From: a virus
Lineage: Duplodnaviria; Caudoviricetes
Direction: 5' to 3' (one strand)
Virus record (IMG/VR): IMGVR_UViG_3300009164_000103
Span: 1-53,313 of that record
Length of the DNA stretch: 53,313 nt
This document shows, piece by piece, positions 10,506 through 20,718 of the stretch. The translations under genes and the position numbers were made by a program. Position 1 is the first letter of the stretch. Each line of letters starts with the position of its first letter. The notes below the pieces were generated by a model. It was not told the DNA's origin and did not search any database. It was given only the letters and a program-made list of their open reading frames with translations.

Positions 10506-13500
10506 ATGGCAGAAGTTTCTAGAATACTTAATGGGAAGACTTTTGTTTTCCCTGACGAGGAAACCGCAAGGCGAGCTGATGCTGCGTTAGAGGCCTCTCG
10601 TATAGCAAGAGCACAAAAAGAAGAGAGCTTCTTTGATGCTGGTGCTTTTCTTAAGTCTATAATTCCTGGTGCTATTAGAGGCACTGGTCTTGCCGCTACT
10701 GGAATCGGATCTGTATTCGATTCTGATACGGCGCGTAAAGTTGGCGAGTACTTGGAGGATAAGTCCAAGCAAACCTCAGAGTTTCTCATGGAGCCTTATC
10801 GGCGTTATACCAAAGGCGCAATGATTGGAGAGACAGCGGGTGGGATTATTCCTGGCATGGCTGCTACTGCTGCTATTGCTGCTGCTGCACCTGAGACGGG
10901 TGGTGCATCTCTTGCTTTACTGCCTGCCGTTGTTGGAGGTTTGTTTGGCGCTGCTCAAGGAGCAGGTGAAGTTGGTAGTGATATTCGTGAAGCTAGGGCC
11001 AAAGGCGCTCAGATCTCTCCAGAGCAGGAAAGGAATCTTGCTCTTATCCAAGGTGGGATTACTGGCGTTCTAGAAGGCGGGATCGCGGGTAAAGTTGGTA
11101 AGGGGATAAGGGGAATTTCTGCCGCAGGAAGGCTTGCAGCACAAGCTCCAGAAACGGAAGCCATTCAGGAACTTCTGAAGAGCGGATATGGAGGTGCTCT
11201 TCGTAGGGGCGCAGGTTTAGCTGCCGCAGAAGGTGCAGGTGAAGGCGTTCAACAACTCTCGCAGAATGTATTGGCGCGAGGAGATGTCTCTGCGCTTGGA
11301 CCTGGATACGATCCTCAGCGTGAACTTTTAGCAGGAGTGCCTGAGTCTGTTCTTGTCGGTGGTTTATTTGGTGGAGTGCTTGGCGGTGGCATTGAACTAT
11401 ACAAGCAGAAGACTCTCCAGAAAAGGCAAGCGCAAATTAGGGAGGCTCAGAGAGAAAGCGCCCCGGTTCAGCAAGAGATTGAAGATGCGCTTGCTACACG
11501 AGAGATCGAAGGCCAACCGCAACAGGAGATTATTCAAGGCACCCTTTCAGAGAAAGAGCAGGCTAGGCTTGACGATGAAGCGAAGAAGGAAGCCAAGAAG
11601 AATGATGCTGCCCTTACGAGTGCAGTAAATCTCTTTGATAATGAGAAGGCAACTGTAGATCAGAAGCAGAGAGCGTATAAAGAGATAGCCGCGCAAGAAC
11701 TTTTCTCTCAGACGTTTGCGGATCTAACTGGGAATAAAATCATCGAGGCAAACAGGAAAGCCACTGAACTATTTCGAGACAATGTAGATCCTAAGTCCAG
11801 TGCGCTGTATATTCAGATGAAGGAAAGGGCAGAGCAGGAAGCTGCATTGCCTTCAGGAGTAGCTGGTCCTACGCAGGAGCCTTCTGCCTTTATTCAGAGC
11901 AAAGAAGTCGAAATCAATCGGCTTGCTGATGAGATTAGCAAAGCGCCTGAAGTACCCGAAGGAGGCAATGTAACTCTACCTACTCCTCTCGACGAGGTAG
12001 CCGTGCCTACTACGAAGGTAGAGGCCACTGCTTCAGGAGAAGGTCGGATCCCGGCATTCCAAGAAATGGCCTCTAGAAAGATTTATAAGATACCGTATGC
12101 CAAGCTGACTGAGGATCAGCAGAGTATTGTAGATAAGGAAGCTGAGGACCAGACTGGGATCTCGATTATTCAGCCTAAGATTGAAGCGAAGCAGCAGGCT
12201 GCTGACCTTGAAACGCAACGAAAAAAGATAACTGGTCTAGTTGATTTTGTTTCCCGTCAGCGCCAGCAGGAACGATCTGTTCAAGAAGAAGAGTTCAACA
12301 ATGAACTGGCCCTAGAAGCGCAGCAAAGAGCAGAGCAGAAGACTTTAGAAGATCAAAAGAATGCAGAAGAAAAACAACGTCTACTTAATTCGTCTTTCGA
12401 TTCTGCTTTTTCTATAGCCTCTCAAGATGGGATCAAAAAGCCTGAGTTACGAAATGCGTACAAAAACATTATCGCCGTATCGGAGAAAGGATCTTTATAT
12501 GAAGACTTGATGGGCAAGGACAGAATTGAAGTAAACAAGAAAGTCAATGAGGTTATCTCCATGAACGGAGACATCAGCGGCCTTCCCTCTGTCAAGAAGT
12601 TCCGTGCTGCTCAAGCCCTTACTGCTCCTACTGTTACAGAGACACCAGCGCCTTCTATCGTTCCTGAAATTACTCTGGCCCCTGAGGTCTCTCCTATTGC
12701 AGAGCAGCAGGCTACTGAGACTGTTCCTATTACGGAACAGCCTACTGTAGAGCCTGCGGTACAGCCTGAATCTGTTGTCCCTAGTGAGATCGTAGAGACT
12801 CCTATTGAAAAGTCGTTGCCTTCAGAAGAAGGTATGGCAAAGCTGAAGGAGAAGAAGGGTGCTATTGCTCCCTCTACTCCAGTACAAGAAGCTGTTGTTG
12901 AACCTGAGCGTGGCACTCCTGTAGAAAGAACACCTATACGAAAAGAAGTCCCTCTGAATCTTGATGTCGATGCAGCTAGGGCCGTATCAGAAAAGGCTTA
13001 TCAGCAACTTGTGGATCTGAGCGTCAGCGATATCTATTCCCTCATGGTAGTGGATAGAGTTTTAGATGAGAAGGGGAACCCTAAGCCTACAGCTGCACGG
13101 TTCCTGAATAGCGTAATCAAGCTAGCATCGAAGGATGGGGATAGCCTCATCACCGAAGACAACATTATCAGGACAGTCAACCACGAAGTTGTTCACGGGA
13201 TGAAGGAGTCTGGGTTCTTTACCGATTCGGAATGGAAGCTGCTGACTAACAAGTTCACTCCCATTTCAGAGATGGACGACGAAACGATTGCCGCATATGA
13301 AAAACTGTACACCGATCAAGGTAATAGTCCTGAGGTAGTTCAAGAGAAGATTAAGGAAGAAGCTATTGCTGTTGCAATTGAGCGCCTGTCAGATATGCCT
13401 GCCAAGTCTCTCGACATTCCTAGCGTCTCTTTGTTAAGCAAGGTCAAGTCTCTCGCTCGTTTGGGTACTGCTGCGAATAATCTTGGGTACACCGCTGAGG

Positions 13501-16500
13501 ATTTGATCTCTGCTGTTCGTGCTGGAGATGTAGGCCGCAGGGCTATATCAGGCAAGCCTACCATGCTGGATGCAATAAGGCGGGGAGGAAGTATACCCGT
13601 TGAAACACGGGTCGATCCTGAGTCTTCTACGGCGCAACCAAAGGGTGTTTCTGTTCAACCTTCTGAGGAGACTACTCCTGAGGAAATTGATTTGGTTGAG
13701 GATACTACGATCCCTGAAGATCTTCGCGGCACTACTCCTTCGCAATTGCCTGAAGAATCTAAGGGTACGAAAGCGCAGGCCGATGCTTCGATGTATAAGG
13801 TGATAAAGCAGAATCCGTCAAAGCTCTTCAAGGTTAATAACAGCGGAAATGTTCTTGATCTTCTCTTTAGAAAAGAAACAATTAAAAAACCAGGAGATAC
13901 AGTAAACGAACTAAAGTCAAGATTCTTTCAGTCTAAGGCAGTTAAAGATATTGCAGGAGATAGATCTAAGCTGGGATCTATCCGTCTTGGTTTGCGCCAG
14001 AGGACTCTTGATTCTGCTGCTTCAGTTCTTAAACAGGCAGAGAATCTTTTCAGGAAAGATGGTAACCCTGTATGGGTTGAAACTTCTACGAGTGCTATCA
14101 CTGCGATTCGTGATTCCTATAAATCAAACGAACTCCTTAGCCAAGCTCTAAACGTAGGCTATATCTACCTTGACAGGAAGACTGGATTCTTTATGGTGAA
14201 GGAAGACAAGAACTACGCCATGATGCCAGCCATGAAGAACCTTTCATCCAAAGGCAAGCTGTATCAGGGTTGGGATGCTGCTATCGCTCAAAGGTTTGTT
14301 GATGTTGATAGCTCTGGTCGTGACGCCAAGAAGATGCTTGGTGGAGATTTCACTCTTAAACAAGCCCAGGATACTGTCAACTCTTACAAGAACGATGCAG
14401 ACATTCAAGAGTTTCTGAAAGTATACAAGAACTTCAATAATTCATTGATCGACTTGAATCAGTATGTTGGGAACTTTGATCCAAAGATGGCAGCAATGCT
14501 TAAGTCTTGGTACTACTCTCCATATTACAGAGTTCCTCTCGATGAGAATGGATATCTAGAAGCGCCGAATGTTGGATCTTCCAGGATTACCAACCTTTCT
14601 TCTGCTAAGAAGATATCTGGCCGGGAGATAGCGATTAACGATATGATACAAAACTTTATCGTTAACGCTCAGTACATGGCTGGTTATGCAATGAAGAACG
14701 AAGCGGCAATAAGGACGATCAGGGATTCTGTTGCTGCTGGAAATGCTAAGAGGGTTGCCTCTCCTAGTAATGCCACGCTAAATAATCAAGTTGTCAGGGT
14801 TAATGATAAGGGCGGTAAGGCTTATTACGAGATTCAAGACCCTCTTCTCTATCAGTCGATGAACTCGTCACAGGTCAGGCTGGATTCGATGGTGGTGTTA
14901 GGACGTGGATTCGCGCAAGCACTTCGTAGCGGCGTAACCTCTGCGCCAACCTTCATGTTCAATAATATGTTCTTGGATTCCTTCCGGTTGTACTACATGG
15001 GAATCTATCAAGACAACTTCTTTAAATCAGTTGCTGGGAATATCGTTCAAGGTATTGGATCTGTATATAAAGGGATGAGATACGGGACGGATCCCGTGTA
15101 CAACAAGCTGTTGAATGCTGGATTGATTACCAATAACTTTGCATCGAGAGATTCAGTGCAAGCGGCTAAGGAAATCAAGAGGCAGCTTGCTGTCGAGCAG
15201 GGTAGTGAGATTGCCAACGCCTTGAGGGCATTGAAGAACTACACCCTTGGCGGTCTGGAAACATTAAGCCGTGCATCAGAAGCCGTTAACAGAGTTCAGG
15301 TGTATAAGAATGTGTACAATAACCTGAAGAAACAAGGAGCAATGGACTCTGAGGCAGAGAGTTCTGCTTTGTTTGCTGCTATGCAATATCCTGTCAACTT
15401 CGATGTCAGGGGTTCAGGAGATTTAGTTCAGTACGCTGCTGCTTTAATTCCGTTCGTGAATGCCAGCGCCCAAGGTACGGATGTCTTCTACACGAATGTT
15501 AAAGAGTTTTGGAAGACGCAAGCCAAAGGGATGAAGCCCATTAACAAACTTCAGGCGTCTTCTCTTAGCGCCACAAAGAGAACTATGCTTAGTTCTTTTG
15601 GCTTGGCGACTCTCTATGCTTTCGGGATGGCTCTTTCTGATAACGAAGAGTACAAGAAGCTAACTTTAGATGAGCGGTTCAGGACTCTTCTAATACCTAT
15701 TCCTGGATCAGCAATAAAGATTCCAGTGCCTCCTGAGATTGGCGCTGTTACGCTGATGATCCCAGTTGCTGCCGCTGAAGCTATCGTGGGCATGGAAAAC
15801 GGTCCTCAGATTGCTAAAGCGATGCTTTCTTATTTCACTAATCTGTTTACGTTTAATCTAACCCCTCAGGCTGTTAAACCGGGCTTAGAGGTTCTTATCA
15901 ACAAAGACTTCTATACGGGAAGGGCGATTGAGAATCAGTCAATGCAGAGGGTTCTCCCTCAGTACCGATACGATGAAAGTAGCAGTAGCTTGAGCAAGGG
16001 GATTTCTGAATTTGCTAATTTTGCCACGCTGCCAATCTCTCCGATTCAGTTTGACCATCTTATCCGTGGATACTTTGGTACGTTGGGGATGTATGTGTCG
16101 GACGTTACCAATCAGCTTTACGATCCACAGAATAAGGACATCGACAGGATGAAGTTGTCGGATCCTTACCTATTGCCATTTATTGGCAAGAAGTTCGCTT
16201 CTCCTGTAGATCGCAAAGCGATGGAAGACTATTACGCTATCCGTAATTATGCAACGCAAGCCGCCAATACCTTGAAGATGATTGAAGCCTCCAAGGTATA
16301 CGAGGATAACCCTGAGAAGCTGAGAGAGATGTCATACATGGCTCTAGTCAATCAGGCAATGGAGGCTGGCCCTGAAAAGGAAATGCAGCAACTTAGAAAG
16401 GTGAAGCAGCAGGTTCTCTCTGCGCCAGGAGATCATATCAGTCCTTCTAAGAAGACTGATATCATCAAGCAGATCAATCTAAGAATGAATGAAGTGGCGA

Positions 16501-16547
16501 GGAAAGTGCAGCCCCTGAAGAGGTACGTGCCGTTCACCTTGTTTTAA
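10506..16547 (+). CDS. Very large internal virion protein (2013 aa) with a central HExxH motif and an LPD38-like C-terminal region
   Basis: Gly/Ala-rich hydrophobic N-terminus; VNHEVVH; VNFDVRG, IPFVNASAQG, NKDFYTGRAIE and SPIQFDHLIRGYFGTLG resemble LPD38 of large polyvalent proteins. Confidence 0.7.
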   Translation: MAEVSRILNGKTFVFPDEETARRADAALEASRIARAQKEESFFDAGAFLKSIIPGAIRGTGLAATGIGSVFDSDTARKVGEYLEDKSKQTSEFLMEPYRRYTKGAMIGETAGGIIPGMAATAAIAAAAPETGGASLALLPAVVGGLFGAAQGAGEVGSDIREARAKGAQISPEQERNLALIQGGITGVLEGGIAGKVGKGIRGISAAGRLAAQAPETEAIQELLKSGYGGALRRGAGLAAAEGAGEGVQQLSQNVLARGDVSALGPGYDPQRELLAGVPESVLVGGLFGGVLGGGIELYKQKTLQKRQAQIREAQRESAPVQQEIEDALATREIEGQPQQEIIQGTLSEKEQARLDDEAKKEAKKNDAALTSAVNLFDNEKATVDQKQRAYKEIAAQELFSQTFADLTGNKIIEANRKATELFRDNVDPKSSALYIQMKERAEQEAALPSGVAGPTQEPSAFIQSKEVEINRLADEISKAPEVPEGGNVTLPTPLDEVAVPTTKVEATASGEGRIPAFQEMASRKIYKIPYAKLTEDQQSIVDKEAEDQTGISIIQPKIEAKQQAADLETQRKKITGLVDFVSRQRQQERSVQEEEFNNELALEAQQRAEQKTLEDQKNAEEKQRLLNSSFDSAFSIASQDGIKKPELRNAYKNIIAVSEKGSLYEDLMGKDRIEVNKKVNEVISMNGDISGLPSVKKFRAAQALTAPTVTETPAPSIVPEITLAPEVSPIAEQQATETVPITEQPTVEPAVQPESVVPSEIVETPIEKSLPSEEGMAKLKEKKGAIAPSTPVQEAVVEPERGTPVERTPIRKEVPLNLDVDAARAVSEKAYQQLVDLSVSDIYSLMVVDRVLDEKGNPKPTAARFLNSVIKLASKDGDSLITEDNIIRTVNHEVVHGMKESGFFTDSEWKLLTNKFTPISEMDDETIAAYEKLYTDQGNSPEVVQEKIKEEAIAVAIERLSDMPAKSLDIPSVSLLSKVKSLARLGTAANNLGYTAEDLISAVRAGDVGRRAISGKPTMLDAIRRGGSIPVETRVDPESSTAQPKGVSVQPSEETTPEEIDLVEDTTIPEDLRGTTPSQLPEESKGTKAQADASMYKVIKQNPSKLFKVNNSGNVLDLLFRKETIKKPGDTVNELKSRFFQSKAVKDIAGDRSKLGSIRLGLRQRTLDSAASVLKQAENLFRKDGNPVWVETSTSAITAIRDSYKSNELLSQALNVGYIYLDRKTGFFMVKEDKNYAMMPAMKNLSSKGKLYQGWDAAIAQRFVDVDSSGRDAKKMLGGDFTLKQAQDTVNSYKNDADIQEFLKVYKNFNNSLIDLNQYVGNFDPKMAAMLKSWYYSPYYRVPLDENGYLEAPNVGSSRITNLSSAKKISGREIAINDMIQNFIVNAQYMAGYAMKNEAAIRTIRDSVAAGNAKRVASPSNATLNNQVVRVNDKGGKAYYEIQDPLLYQSMNSSQVRLDSMVVLGRGFAQALRSGVTSAPTFMFNNMFLDSFRLYYMGIYQDNFFKSVAGNIVQGIGSVYKGMRYGTDPVYNKLLNAGLITNNFASRDSVQAAKEIKRQLAVEQGSEIANALRALKNYTLGGLETLSRASEAVNRVQVYKNVYNNLKKQGAMDSEAESSALFAAMQYPVNFDVRGSGDLVQYAAALIPFVNASAQGTDVFYTNVKEFWKTQAKGMKPINKLQASSLSATKRTMLSSFGLATLYAFGMALSDNEEYKKLTLDERFRTLLIPIPGSAIKIPVPPEIGAVTLMIPVAAAEAIVGMENGPQIAKAMLSYFTNLFTFNLTPQAVKPGLEVLINKDFYTGRAIENQSMQRVLPQYRYDESSSSLSKGISEFANFATLPISPIQFDHLIRGYFGTLGMYVSDVTNQLYDPQNKDIDRMKLSDPYLLPFIGKKFASPVDRKAMEDYYAIRNYATQAANTLKMIEASKVYEDNPEKLREMSYMALVNQAMEAGPEKEMQQLRKVKQQVLSAPGDHISPSKKTDIIKQINLRMNEVARKVQPLKRYVPFTLF

Positions 16548-17044
16548 TTGATCTCCATTTCTGGCGCTGGATTACCAGCCTTTACTGGCTCGACCAATAG
16601 AACAACCTTGCATCTATCGCTCTTGATACATTCAATCTCTACTCCCTTTACTGCACTCCCGCTGGTATCCTCTATCACCCCGGCACGATAGAGGATACGC
16701 AAGCAGACATCTAAGAGTCCAGAGTAGTCTTTGACTGAATACAATCCATAGCGAACGATCTTAAGTTTCACCTTAGGCATTGGTAGGAACTTCAGCTTTA
16801 CAGCGATTGATGCTGCAATGCGATACATGATTCTGGTCGCAAGTAGGACCATCACTGGATTACCTGACTCATCCTTTGAGAACAAAGTTTCAGGCATATC
16901 CTTATCGCTAATCACGATGCGGATGCAGGTATCTCTAACTGGTAGATCTTCTTCTGGCTCTTCGGGTTGATCTACTTCTGGTACTACTTGTGGCTTTCCC
17001 ATCTGCCACCCTGATGGGTATGATCTCTTTGATTTCCTCTTCAT
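16544..17044 (-). CDS. Hypothetical protein; C-terminal half resembles a degenerate RusA fold
   Basis: DYSGLLDVCLRILYRAGVIEDT resembles the RusA pattern DxDNLxK...L..AGV..DD. Confidence 0.55.
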   Translation of the reverse strand: MKRKSKRSYPSGWQMGKPQVVPEVDQPEEPEEDLPVRDTCIRIVISDKDMPETLFSKDESGNPVMVLLATRIMYRIAASIAVKLKFLPMPKVKLKIVRYGLYSVKDYSGLLDVCLRILYRAGVIEDTSGSAVKGVEIECIKSDRCKVVLLVEPVKAGNPAPEMEIN

Positions 17045-17046
17045 AG

Positions 17047-17496
17047 TTATGCCCCTGTCGATCCGAATCCACTCTCTCCTCGTTCACTACTAGACAGGTC
17101 ACCTGTCGTGTCGATCTCTACTCTCTCGTACTGTGCCACTACCATCTGAGCAATGCGCGTACCCTTCTCGACTACAAAGGGCTGACCACCTACCTGACGA
17201 TATCCATTCCAGTTCAGGATGACACCGATCTCCCCACGGTATGAGGGATCAATAGTGCCGGGACTATTCAACACGCTGATACCATGCTTGAGGGCCATGC
17301 CAGAGCGAGTTCTAATCTGTGCCTCGAACCCAGGAGGTAGTTCAATGCACAGCCCTGTCTTAACTGCCAACGGTTGGTTTGGGTATAGCCATACCTGCTC
17401 GTCTGCATGTAGGTCCATGCCTGCATCTTCTTCTGGGCCGTGCGCATACACGGGGATCTTCACACTGGCATTAAGAGTTTTCAATTTTATAGTCAT
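17047..17496 (-). CDS. dut: Trimeric dUTPase
   Basis: All five motifs present: AGMDL, RSGMA, GTIDPSYRGEI, RIAQMV, RGESGFGSTG. Confidence 0.97.
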   Translation of the reverse strand: MTIKLKTLNASVKIPVYAHGPEEDAGMDLHADEQVWLYPNQPLAVKTGLCIELPPGFEAQIRTRSGMALKHGISVLNSPGTIDPSYRGEIGVILNWNGYRQVGGQPFVVEKGTRIAQMVVAQYERVEIDTTGDLSSSERGESGFGSTGA

Positions 17497-17767
17497 CGGC
17501 TTCCTCCCTAATTGAGTTCATCATCTTGGACAATTCAAACTGTCGTCCCATTTGAAACGCAGCTACGAACGTGCTGACTATTTTAGTCACGGCATCTAAG
17601 TGTTTGTCTGTCATTATTTCATCGACAAGACTAAAGACGCCGTCGTTCTCCATTACTTCTGTGCCTATCAAGCAGGCTTGTTCTTGACTGTAATCGCTTC
17701 TTACTTGAAGATTCAATCTGCTCATGAACAGGACTACTTCTTCTTTCGTTATATCTTTTAGTTTCAT
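17471..17767 (-). CDS. Hypothetical protein
   Basis: Tightly packed in the minus-strand operon. Confidence 0.6.
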   Translation of the reverse strand: MKLKDITKEEVVLFMSRLNLQVRSDYSQEQACLIGTEVMENDGVFSLVDEIMTDKHLDAVTKIVSTFVAAFQMGRQFELSKMMNSIREEADDYKIENS

Positions 17768-17773
17768 TTACTC

Positions 17774-18190
17774 TTAATCCTTTACTGACCACAAACGAAT
17801 GAACACGCCAGGAACGTCTAGGGCGTGTAATGCTTCGTTAGGGTAGACCTTCATAGCTACTAGATCAATGACTCGCGCATCGTCCTCCCAGACCCCGCCA
17901 GTAGTGAGTCCATCGCAGGTTGATCTCACTAGCTTGTCTAGGTCAGGCGTTCGATCAGGATAAGTTCTCTTCGTCTTAGGTGCGCTCTTAGGCTTAGGCA
18001 AAGTAAAGATCATGTAGGCTTGTATTGGACCTACGATCATCCCGTGCGTAACCACTGCCTCACGCGCTGCCCATGCTACTGAGTCGCGCCAAGGTTTAAC
18101 CTTCTTGCTACTCTCGACCATGCGCCCATTGCCTACATGCCTCTTACTTCCTTGAGGTCCAGGCATTCCTAATACAGTTATCTCAATCAT
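17774..18190 (-). CDS. rusA: RusA-family Holliday junction resolvase
   Basis: PGPQGSKR, PDLDKLVRSTCDGL, WEDDARV. Start reassigned to MIEITV at 18190 after an AGGAG RBS. Confidence 0.9.
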   Translation of the reverse strand: MIEITVLGMPGPQGSKRHVGNGRMVESSKKVKPWRDSVAWAAREAVVTHGMIVGPIQAYMIFTLPKPKSAPKTKRTYPDRTPDLDKLVRSTCDGLTTGGVWEDDARVIDLVAMKVYPNEALHALDVPGVFIRLWSVKD

Positions 18191-18617
18191 CTCTTCTCCT
18201 CTTACTTGGCATTGCCGTAAAAGAACTAATATGGTCTTTGCCACGATAGTATTCAATCCATTCTGGATGCTCAAGTTTCACATCCATTGGTGCGTCCGCT
18301 GGTGGTATGACTCGACCACGTTGATTGATTGGTTGGACAGGGACATAGGTTATTAGTGGTACTCCGAAGTCCATCTTCGGTAGCTTAGGAACAAACTCAC
18401 GCAAAGGTCTTAGCGGTGGAGGTGTCTTAGCTTTACCCTTCGCTCTGTCTCGCTGGTATGCCAAGTACTTCTCTTCACCCATCTCAGCGCGTAGCTTGAT
18501 AACTTGTTTGCGTTTCTTATCTGCATCAAACTCTCGACGATGTGTTTCGCATCGTCCTCGGTCTACATTGTTTTCTGATCCACACACTCGGCATTGTGTA
18601 GCCTTAGCTGGTGGCAT
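18183..18617 (-). CDS. Hypothetical protein with N-terminal CxxC...CxxH zinc motif
   Basis: CRVCGS...GRCETH followed by a basic helix. Confidence 0.6.
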   Translation of the reverse strand: MPPAKATQCRVCGSENNVDRGRCETHRREFDADKKRKQVIKLRAEMGEEKYLAYQRDRAKGKAKTPPPLRPLREFVPKLPKMDFGVPLITYVPVQPINQRGRVIPPADAPMDVKLEHPEWIEYYRGKDHISSFTAMPSKRRRDD

Positions 18618-18736
18618 CTTGTTCGTCTACCCACCTGTCGTATAGGCGGTCTTCGCGGTCCCCGTAATCTTCTCTATCCTCGGCATAGGCAGGGTGATCT
18701 TTGCCTGGAATTACCATATGATTCTCTTGTTCCATG

Positions 18737-18934
18737 TTAGTTTCCTTGTTTGTCTATCAAACCCATTAACTCTTTTGCGTACTTCGACATCCACTTTGCA
18801 TCTTCTCTGGCTTCATCACGCTCCCGCTTCGCCACTTCCAATGCCAGTTTCAGTTCCTCGTTCCGCTTCTCCACAACTCCTAGGTGATTGCGAATTTCTT
18901 TATTGATTACTTCAGTCAAAGCATCCCAATTCAT
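18737..18934 (-). CDS. Small coiled-coil protein
   Basis: AKRERDEARE motif; ATGA overlap with the upstream gene (start MNWDAL). Confidence 0.6.
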   Translation of the reverse strand: MNWDALTEVINKEIRNHLGVVEKRNEELKLALEVAKRERDEAREDAKWMSKYAKELMGLIDKQGN

Positions 18935-19449
18935 ACATTTCTCCAATGATTGTTTGGCATCTCCCACCAAAAGGTGAGGTCTTCAGTCTCGCCGTTATAG
19001 TATTCACCTACGAAGTCGCACTTCCATTTACTGTGCTCGTTCTCATACATGGTGAGGGTCATAACTGGTTGAGTTATTCTCAAGTCGTTGTGTATTACGT
19101 CAAAGACCTTTGTATAATTGCCGCCTCGTATCACTCCTGCCTCAACCAACAGGATCGTCTTGCCCACTAAGCTGTCTGCGTGGGTCGTAAACATATTGCA
19201 TACTTTCTTTACAGATATTTCATCAAAGGTTTGATCTGGATAGGGTACGTCTATGCCGAAGCCATCACAGATCTCCCCATCTTTTGTTAATTGATGACGA
19301 AGGTATTGCCCGATGACAGAAGAGTAATCAGTTGATACCGTAACTATCACTGTATTCGATGAGTTCAATCCTTTGAGCAACAGCTCATCCCTCAACTTGT
19401 TCATCAAGTAAAGTTCATGCGTTCTGTTTACCTTTAGTTCCTTTCTCAT
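18931..19449 (-). CDS. Type I phosphoribosyltransferase-like protein
   Basis: GKTILLVEAGVIRGGNY occupies the PRPP-loop position; C-terminal CDFVG...FWWE; TAATG-coupled start at 19449. Confidence 0.6.
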   Translation of the reverse strand: MRKELKVNRTHELYLMNKLRDELLLKGLNSSNTVIVTVSTDYSSVIGQYLRHQLTKDGEICDGFGIDVPYPDQTFDEISVKKVCNMFTTHADSLVGKTILLVEAGVIRGGNYTKVFDVIHNDLRITQPVMTLTMYENEHSKWKCDFVGEYYNGETEDLTFWWEMPNNHWRNV

Positions 19450-19898
19450 TAGTCCTCTGGTGGATTTGGAATCGGTCGGTAGTGGGTAAAGTAGTCTAGC
19501 GGATAGCATTCATTTGATGCGCCCTGTAGTGCCCAACAAGGGATCCAATTTGGTGGATAACCCCCTTTGTAGTAGTCAACTACGCGCACAAATCCAGTAC
19601 TGCTGTCGATAGCCTCGATACCATCGTTATCTTTTGGAGCCTCCGCAATCGGTCGCCATCGGTTAGCCTCCCGAAACTCTCGCAGTTCAGCGATAAGGGC
19701 TGGGGCGGCGTTGTGAAGGGCAGCAATAGCTGCTGAGTTAGCAGGCCAAGCTGCGTGACTTTCTGCATAGAATACTGGCGGTCGATCACAGATTATTAGC
19801 GCATGAGTTCGCAACGCAAACCAATCGTGGCTTGATGCAGTCCACTCCCCCGGTGTCGCCTTCTCTAGCAGCGCCTCAAGCGCGTCGAGGTCAAGCAT
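19449..19898 (-). CDS. Ead/Ea22-like N-terminal domain fused to a WRPI...THYRP (DUF551-like) domain
   Basis: LEKATPGEW...IAALHNAAPALIAEL and RWRPIAEAPKD...THYRPIP. Confidence 0.65.
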   Translation of the reverse strand: MLDLDALEALLEKATPGEWTASSHDWFALRTHALIICDRPPVFYAESHAAWPANSAAIAALHNAAPALIAELREFREANRWRPIAEAPKDNDGIEAIDSSTGFVRVVDYYKGGYPPNWIPCWALQGASNECYPLDYFTHYRPIPNPPED

Positions 19899-20202
19899 TA
19901 GGGGCCTCCAGTATCGCGGCGTCTATGGCGGTGTCGAGCACATTGCACGCCGGATCCTTGCCCTTCTCGATAGCAGATACAGTTAGTGGCGAAAAACCGA
20001 CCCGGTAGTGTCCGTCCAAAATGTCGCGCCATACGTTGGTCCTGCCACGCAGCCACCGATACCGCGCCGCATCCCGCCGCAGTGCCGCCACTTCGTCGAG
20101 CGCTGCGGCCCCGGCCATAAGTGCGTCGTAAACGCAGCCTTGCGGATACAACATCTCGTCAGCCATTGACTCCAGTTCCTTCGCGTATCTTTCATTCGTC
20201 AT
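19891..20202 (-). CDS. Hypothetical phage protein (DAARYRWLR motif)
   Basis: DAARYRWLR...LDTAIDAAI motif common in phage accessory genes. Confidence 0.65.
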   Translation of the reverse strand: MTNERYAKELESMADEMLYPQGCVYDALMAGAAALDEVAALRRDAARYRWLRGRTNVWRDILDGHYRVGFSPLTVSAIEKGKDPACNVLDTAIDAAILEAPNA

Positions 20203-20461
20203 TGCAACCTCTCCTCATCTCTTCGTAACATCCATCACAAAACGGTAATCCGCACTGATCTTGCTTTGCTTGCAGGGGCTGATCTCCACATGCCGTACAC
20301 TTCGGGCGGCAGTTAGTCGGCGGGATTGCCGCGATCGCGGCGTCAATGACGGCGTCGAAATCTCGCTGCTCCATCCACTGAACGTCGAACAGGCCTACGG
20401 CAAATCTGGGGTGCTCCTTCGCCCATCGCCACCGCTCCGAATCTCTTTCGTCAATCATCAT
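20192..20461 (-). CDS. Hypothetical protein with DxxRWRW...IDAAI motif and C-terminal zinc finger
   Basis: DSERWRW, FDAVIDAAI, CTACG...FCDGC. Confidence 0.55.
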   Translation of the reverse strand: MMIDERDSERWRWAKEHPRFAVGLFDVQWMEQRDFDAVIDAAIAAIPPTNCRPKCTACGDQPLQAKQDQCGLPFCDGCYEEMRRGCNDE

Positions 20462-20520
20462 AAGTTTCCCCCTGTAGTAGCGTGGCCGCACAGAAGCACG
20501 GCCACTAGTTGTTGTTAGTC

Positions 20521-20718
20521 TTACTCTGCAACCTTGGCTTGCTTCAGGCCATGCCGTATACCAGCAGCATAGGCTTTGCCTAGCTCTTCTTCAGCATGTT
20601 CAGGCCCGAAGGTTCCCTCGTCGATTAAATCCAAGAGAGCATTCATCCCACGCGCAATCACTTTCTGCTTGTCTGTCAAAGTTTTGGTTTTGATTTCCAT
20701 CTTATCCTCTATAGCCAT
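20521..20718 (-). CDS. Hypothetical protein
   Basis: Operon context; the true start may be MEIKT after GAGGA. Confidence 0.5.
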   Translation of the reverse strand: MAIEDKMEIKTKTLTDKQKVIARGMNALLDLIDEGTFGPEHAEEELGKAYAAGIRHGLKQAKVAE

